Assembly: GCF_964204645.1 (NCBI RefSeq)
Contig: NC_134028.1
Coordinates: forward strand, 14,391,653 to 14,455,652
Source of the DNA: Tubulanus polymorphus
Lineage: Eukaryota; Animalia; Nemertea
Length of the DNA stretch: 64,000 nt
Reading direction: 5' to 3'
Within the stretch, counting starts at the first letter, position 1. Each line of letters starts with the position of its first letter. A model generated the notes under the pieces. The model was not told the DNA's origin and made no database searches. It worked only from the letters and a program-made list of their open reading frames with translations. Shown piece after piece: positions 59,346 through 64,000 of the stretch. The position numbers and the translations under genes were made by a program.

Positions 59346-60605
59346 TTAAAATTTAAAATATAATATTCCTCCGATTACAATTCCTATACAAGTTAAAGCT
59401 AATTTAGAATTTTCATGGGATTTATTATCATCATTTAGTTTAATTATTTCATGTTGAATATTATCAGTTCTAATATTTTCTGATGTATTTTCTGATGTAT
59501 TTTTTTCACCTTCCATTAATTTTGGAGCAGTAATTATCTTTTTATTTATATCATTCAATCCAAATGAATTATTTATTGTTGCAGTTTTAATTAGATTATT
59601 ATAACCAATTATATTTCCCATCTTTAATACTAAATCATTAGAAATAATTAATAGATTAGGGCCTATACAATAATTTAAGCTAATATGTGATTTATCTAAA
59701 TAATTTTGATATCTTAAAATGTTTTCTGGAATCGATCTATTTTTATCATTATGAATGGAATCTTCAAATAATACTTTAAACTGTTTCTGCGCATCGAATG
59801 AAGTGTTATCATTTCCAATTATTGGGGATCTTGTTTCAACTTGTGCACCTAAAATACAAATTAAATAAGTTCTAATAGATAGATTTATTCTTTGTATTCC
59901 AGCTTTAGTAAAACCTTCACTATTTTCTAAAATGAAATTAACCCAACCATTATTGTTTTGTTGTTGTATATTATTATAATATTTTGGTAATTCATTCATA
60001 TTTTGTGTTCTTATATCTGAATTTGTCATTATTTTTCCAAATTCTTTAGTATATAATAATCCTAATCCGCCCATTGTTCCAATTTTTGCTCTAAAATCTT
60101 TATTTGAATTAATATTAAATTCATTACATATTTTATAAAATTTAGAAAAATTAATATTATTATTCAATTCTTTAAAATATTTTGAACCTGGTAAAGGACA
60201 TTCTAATTCATCTAATATTAATTTTATTTGAAAATATGAATGAAATCTAAAAAGTGATAACATCAATGGTAAACTTGGTTTGTTTAAATGATCATTCCAA
60301 CTAATTCCACATCCTGTTGTTGCGCAATAAACAGTAAAATTTAATTGGTTCTGCCAATAGTTCATATTAGATTTCAATAACCATTGTTTTGCCTCATTTA
60401 AATTTTTAAAATTAATTGTATACACATGAAATATATTTTCCATCTTTACATGAAAATCATTACTTTCAGTAACATAAATATATAAATCAATTAATGAATT
60501 TAAAACTTCATTTCTATATGAAATATCTTTATCAAAATCTATTGCTGGAATATTATATTTAATTGATTTATTATATTGGAAAGCTTTTGGAAAACTATCT
60601 ACCAT
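59346..60605 (-). CDS. Homologue of 27300..28601 (419 aa)
   Basis: Direct alignment. Confidence 0.82.
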   Translation of the reverse strand: MVDSFPKAFQYNKSIKYNIPAIDFDKDISYRNEVLNSLIDLYIYVTESNDFHVKMENIFHVYTINFKNLNEAKQWLLKSNMNYWQNQLNFTVYCATTGCGISWNDHLNKPSLPLMLSLFRFHSYFQIKLILDELECPLPGSKYFKELNNNINFSKFYKICNEFNINSNKDFRAKIGTMGGLGLLYTKEFGKIMTNSDIRTQNMNELPKYYNNIQQQNNNGWVNFILENSEGFTKAGIQRINLSIRTYLICILGAQVETRSPIIGNDNTSFDAQKQFKVLFEDSIHNDKNRSIPENILRYQNYLDKSHISLNYCIGPNLLIISNDLVLKMGNIIGYNNLIKTATINNSFGLNDINKKIITAPKLMEGEKNTSENTSENIRTDNIQHEIIKLNDDNKSHENSKLALTCIGIVIGGILYFKF

Positions 60606-60621
60606 TTATATAATAAAAAAA

Positions 60622-61056
60622 TTAATAATTTATTAATTCTTTTAATAATTTATCTTGTTCTTCAACTGTTATATGGCCATTTAAACTTATTATATAATCT
60701 AGTGTATTCTTCAATTTATTAATTTCTTTTATATTAGTTTTAATTTTTTCTTTATTACTTTTTATATTTAATTTTGAACTTATACCAGTTAAAACACTTG
60801 AACTTAATCCTAATACACCAATTGATATAGCTAAAGGTGTTAATGGACTGAATATTGCTAGAAATGTTATTACAGAACTAATTGTAACCGAACCACTTAT
60901 AATCAAATAATATATAATTTTACGTTTTAAATATTTTTTCTTTTTAACTTTTAAGTCACTTTCAAATTCTAATATTTGTTTTTCTAAATATGTTTTTAAT
61001 TTAGTTTTATTTATATCATGAGGTATAATATCAATATTATCAACTTTATCTTCCAT
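60622..61056 (-). CDS. Two-TM protein (144 aa)
   Basis: Near-identical to 28618..29052. Confidence 0.82.
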   Translation of the reverse strand: MEDKVDNIDIIPHDINKTKLKTYLEKQILEFESDLKVKKKKYLKRKIIYYLIISGSVTISSVITFLAIFSPLTPLAISIGVLGLSSSVLTGISSKLNIKSNKEKIKTNIKEINKLKNTLDYIISLNGHITVEEQDKLLKELINY

Positions 61057-61075
61057 TTATTTAGCAAAAAAATTA

Positions 61076-61499
61076 CTAATTAGTAAATTTATAAGCAACA
61101 AATATAACAATAACTGTCCGCCTATCATATCCATATTATTTCATATTTCTGTTGTTCTTTACTCGGGGTATAATAATCTGATAATTTAGGTTTGTATAAA
61201 TGTAATTTTTCTTTATTGCTTACCGCGTTATATAAACTCATTGCATCATTAACTGATTGAAAATCTCTATATGAAATCTTCTGATCATATAATTCCTTGT
61301 TAATATAATCCATATACTTTTGCCTCTTTTCTCTATATTCTTCTGCTGCTTTATTGTATTTCTCTAATGCTAAGTTATGTCTTTTTTGTTCTGTTAATGA
61401 TCCATTTTTATCAATATGTTTAAATAAATAACCGCCACCAGTAAATGCTAAAGCGTTAACAATTGCCGATCCTATAATAGTTATAACTGCAGAAGCCAT
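61076..61499 (-). pseudogene. Homologue of 29072..29494 (3' lesion)
   Basis: Premature stop at 61125 before the C-terminal hydrophobic segment. Confidence 0.75.
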
Positions 61500-61523
61500 T
61501 TATTTAGTAAAATAATTATGTAT

Positions 61524-61745
61524 TTATATGGGAGGAATATATTTTTGTTTTTCCAAATAATCAATAGTTAAATTAGATAAAGTAACTGCTAATGTTAATT
61601 TTAAAATATCATTTATATCAAATCTATCAACATTAACACTTCCCATTTTAAATACTTTTTTAAATACCATTGAATAACCAACAGTTCCAACTGATAGTAA
61701 TGCGCCATTATATAATCCAGTTATTATCCACTTATTATCACTCAT
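61524..61745 (-). CDS. 73-aa hydrophobic protein
   Basis: Near-identical to 29519..29740. Confidence 0.75.
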   Translation of the reverse strand: MSDNKWIITGLYNGALLSVGTVGYSMVFKKVFKMGSVNVDRFDINDILKLTLAVTLSNLTIDYLEKQKYIPPI

Positions 61746-62087
61746 TTATTTATCAAAAAAATTACTATCATCAAAATATTTAGTTAACTTATTTATGATT
61801 AATTCAACATTTATTTCATTACTAGTTTTATGATTATCATATATTTTGGTTAATATGTTTTTAATATCATCAATAATTCCATCTTCATTTAATTCATAAT
61901 ATTCTAAAGGTGATTTAATTAAATCAATTACTTTTTCTATATTATAATTTTCTTTATTAATCATTGATGTATTGTTAAATGATTTACTTTTTATATCAGT
62001 AATTACATGATTTAGTTTAATTCTCATTTCTTTACCATGTTTAAAATCAAACCCAAAACATATACTCGGTCCAACAGTTATATTCAT
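61746..62087 (-). CDS. Homologue of 29748..30098 (113 aa)
   Basis: Conserved ends, divergent middle. Confidence 0.75.
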   Translation of the reverse strand: MNITVGPSICFGFDFKHGKEMRIKLNHVITDIKSKSFNNTSMINKENYNIEKVIDLIKSPLEYYELNEDGIIDDIKNILTKIYDNHKTSNEINVELIINKLTKYFDDSNFFDK

Positions 62088-62104
62088 TTATATAGTGAAA
62101 AGAA

Positions 62105-62863
62105 TTACTCTCTACATCTTATAACTAATTCATAAATTACAGGGAAATTATTTAAATCAATTAAGTGCCCATTATGATTTCTAATTTCTAATCTAAAATT
62201 ATTAAAACGAGGAATGCATGGTTTGAAATCACATTCTGTTAAATTATAATTTATTTGTGTTCCAAATTCTTTAACATTCTTCAATGGTAAAATGTTTAGT
62301 AAACCAGAATTACAAGTTATATCTTTAGTTGCTTCGAATGTTTTTGTAGGATCGATTAAATTGCAATAAATATAAAAGTGTGTAAAAGGCATTATATTTG
62401 AATTACCATCTACGTTTCCTGTAACAGTATCTGGTACAATTCCTAACAGTTTAGCTATAGGTTTTTTTACCATAAATGCATGTTGACATTCATCATATAC
62501 ATTTATTTTAATTTTATTTGTGCTATCACTTTTTATAAATCTAAATAAAAATTTATCATCTCTTCTAATTTTCAACCGTGCTCTTCGATTAATTTCTTGA
62601 GCTAATGTTTCTAAATTATATAATCCTGGTTTTAAAATTAGATGAAAACATTTATCTACATTTCTAATATGAATTAAAACAGTATTATCTTCAATAGTTT
62701 TATCCGATATATTATAAAAAGAATTACATAAACTTATATTTACTAATTTTAAATCTACACAATTCTGGAATTCTCTATCTAATTGTACTAGTAAATTATG
62801 AGATTTATAATTTTTAAGTTTTCTAGAATCAACAAATATTCTGTATTCTTTTAATTCTACCAT
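62105..62863 (-). CDS. Minor capsid protein (penton), intact 252 aa
   Basis: DSR N-terminus; FYIYCNLI, ILPL, LEIRNHNGHLIDLNN..YELVI C-terminus. Confidence 0.75.
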   Translation of the reverse strand: MVELKEYRIFVDSRKLKNYKSHNLLVQLDREFQNCVDLKLVNISLCNSFYNISDKTIEDNTVLIHIRNVDKCFHLILKPGLYNLETLAQEINRRARLKIRRDDKFLFRFIKSDSTNKIKINVYDECQHAFMVKKPIAKLLGIVPDTVTGNVDGNSNIMPFTHFYIYCNLIDPTKTFEATKDITCNSGLLNILPLKNVKEFGTQINYNLTECDFKPCIPRFNNFRLEIRNHNGHLIDLNNFPVIYELVIRCRE

Positions 62864-62880
62864 TTATTTTACATATTTTC

Positions 62881-63231
62881 TTATTCGAAATCTATTTCAT
62901 GGTGCCCTTTTTCATTCTTACCTTTGTATACGAAATAGAAATCTGAACATAATTCTTCTAGGTCTTCACTTGATAATCTATGAAATCTATCCGGTAAATA
63001 TGTTCTGAATTTATATGTATTTCCTTTTAATCCTTCATATTCTAAGTGTATAACTAATTTATCTCCATATTTGTTAGTAACTGTATAAATATTTGTAATT
63101 AGATATTTCTTATGGATTATTAATTCTTTTAACTTCTTAAATTTATAATCTACTGATTTGACATTTGAAGTATCTTTTATTCTATCTAGAAATGATTTGT
63201 TGTTCTCACTGCGTGTTTGTTTACTCTCCAT
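62881..63231 (-). CDS. Homologue of 30887..31228
   Basis: Direct alignment. Confidence 0.75.
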   Translation of the reverse strand: MESKQTRSENNKSFLDRIKDTSNVKSVDYKFKKLKELIIHKKYLITNIYTVTNKYGDKLVIHLEYEGLKGNTYKFRTYLPDRFHRLSSEDLEELCSDFYFVYKGKNEKGHHEIDFE

Positions 63232-63260
63232 TTTAATAACATATTTTTATTAAAATTTGA

Positions 63261-64000
63261 TTAACACGTTAGGATTCTTTTCATTATCTCATTCTCTTTT
63301 GTTTCTTCTCTTTTAAATTTTAAATATTCATCTAAATTACAACCATAAGCAACTGTATAAATTCCATCATCTAAAATATATCTTTTATCATCAAATGGGT
63401 TTAGACTTATCTTTTCAATTTCTTCAATAAACATTTCATGATCTTCAGATCTTAAACATCGCATCTTATGTTTTCTAACTTCTTCATTGAATATACAATT
63501 GATGTAATCTTTGAAATGAATATTCTTTTCTACTACACTTTTGGTTATTCCTTTTAACTTTTTAGCTTCATGTTCTTTAGTTTTATATGAATACATTTTA
63601 GATCTAATACCGATGAATTCAATCATTTCTTCACTACCTAATTCATCTTTGAATTTACAAGGAACTTTTATTATCATTGCTAAACAATTCATGATCTTTA
63701 GGATAATTACTGAAATCAAAATGATGTTTTAATGTTTTTAAATCATCAGTTATGTTATCAGTTTTTATCTTTAATATGTAACCGTCGGTATCAAAATATA
63801 ATATTTCTATATGTTTTTCTCCAAAAAGTGGTTGTAATACATTATAATAGAATTCATACATTAGTAATTTTGATAATCATAAAACTGAAGCGCCAACATA
63901 GATTGGTTTATTAAATTTCATTGATGTTCTTCTCATCTTAACTGCAGCTAAATTTTCATCAAATATTCTGTTACCAATGAACTTAGGATATGATTGTAAA
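63261..64000 (-). pseudogene. pPolB C-terminal part (frameshifts; continues beyond the window)
   Basis: YFDTDG, KFKDE, KMYSY, KKLKGI, FDDKRY. Confidence 0.92.

Larger units (their letters stand above)
50752..64000. mobile_element. Maverick/Polinton copy 2 (left terminus lost, runs off the window)
   Basis: Same gene order as copy 1; more stops and frameshifts. Confidence 0.95.

Overview
AT-rich animal (probably invertebrate) genomic DNA that is almost entirely mobile elements, overlapping four minus-strand exons of a concentrative nucleoside transporter (SLC28/CNT) gene. One Maverick/Polinton (adintovirus-like) family occurs four times: a decayed fragment (1-2586); a complete 21.7-kb copy (14210-35940) with ~600-bp TIRs, 6-bp TSD CACGAA, pPolB, integrase, packaging ATPase, major and minor capsid, HNH endonuclease and membrane proteins but no recognisable maturation protease; a 2.2-kb mini-element with its own unrelated genes (40915-43107); and a second large, more decayed copy (50752 to beyond the window). 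Also present: an ALOG-type DIRS tyrosine-recombinase retrotransposon, Gypsy, BEL/Pao and L2 fragments, a Chapaev-like element, MULE-like MITEs and a Penelope-type minimal hammerhead ribozyme. Most interesting: a compact two-class start motif ending in TAAATG plus 3' hairpins (possible dependence on a large-DNA-virus transcription system), self-palindromic termini that break at the apex, a gene-carrying satellite-like mini-element, and a 31-bp hairpin inserted in frame into Maverick genes. All alignments were done by eye; family calls rest on recognised motifs, not database searches.
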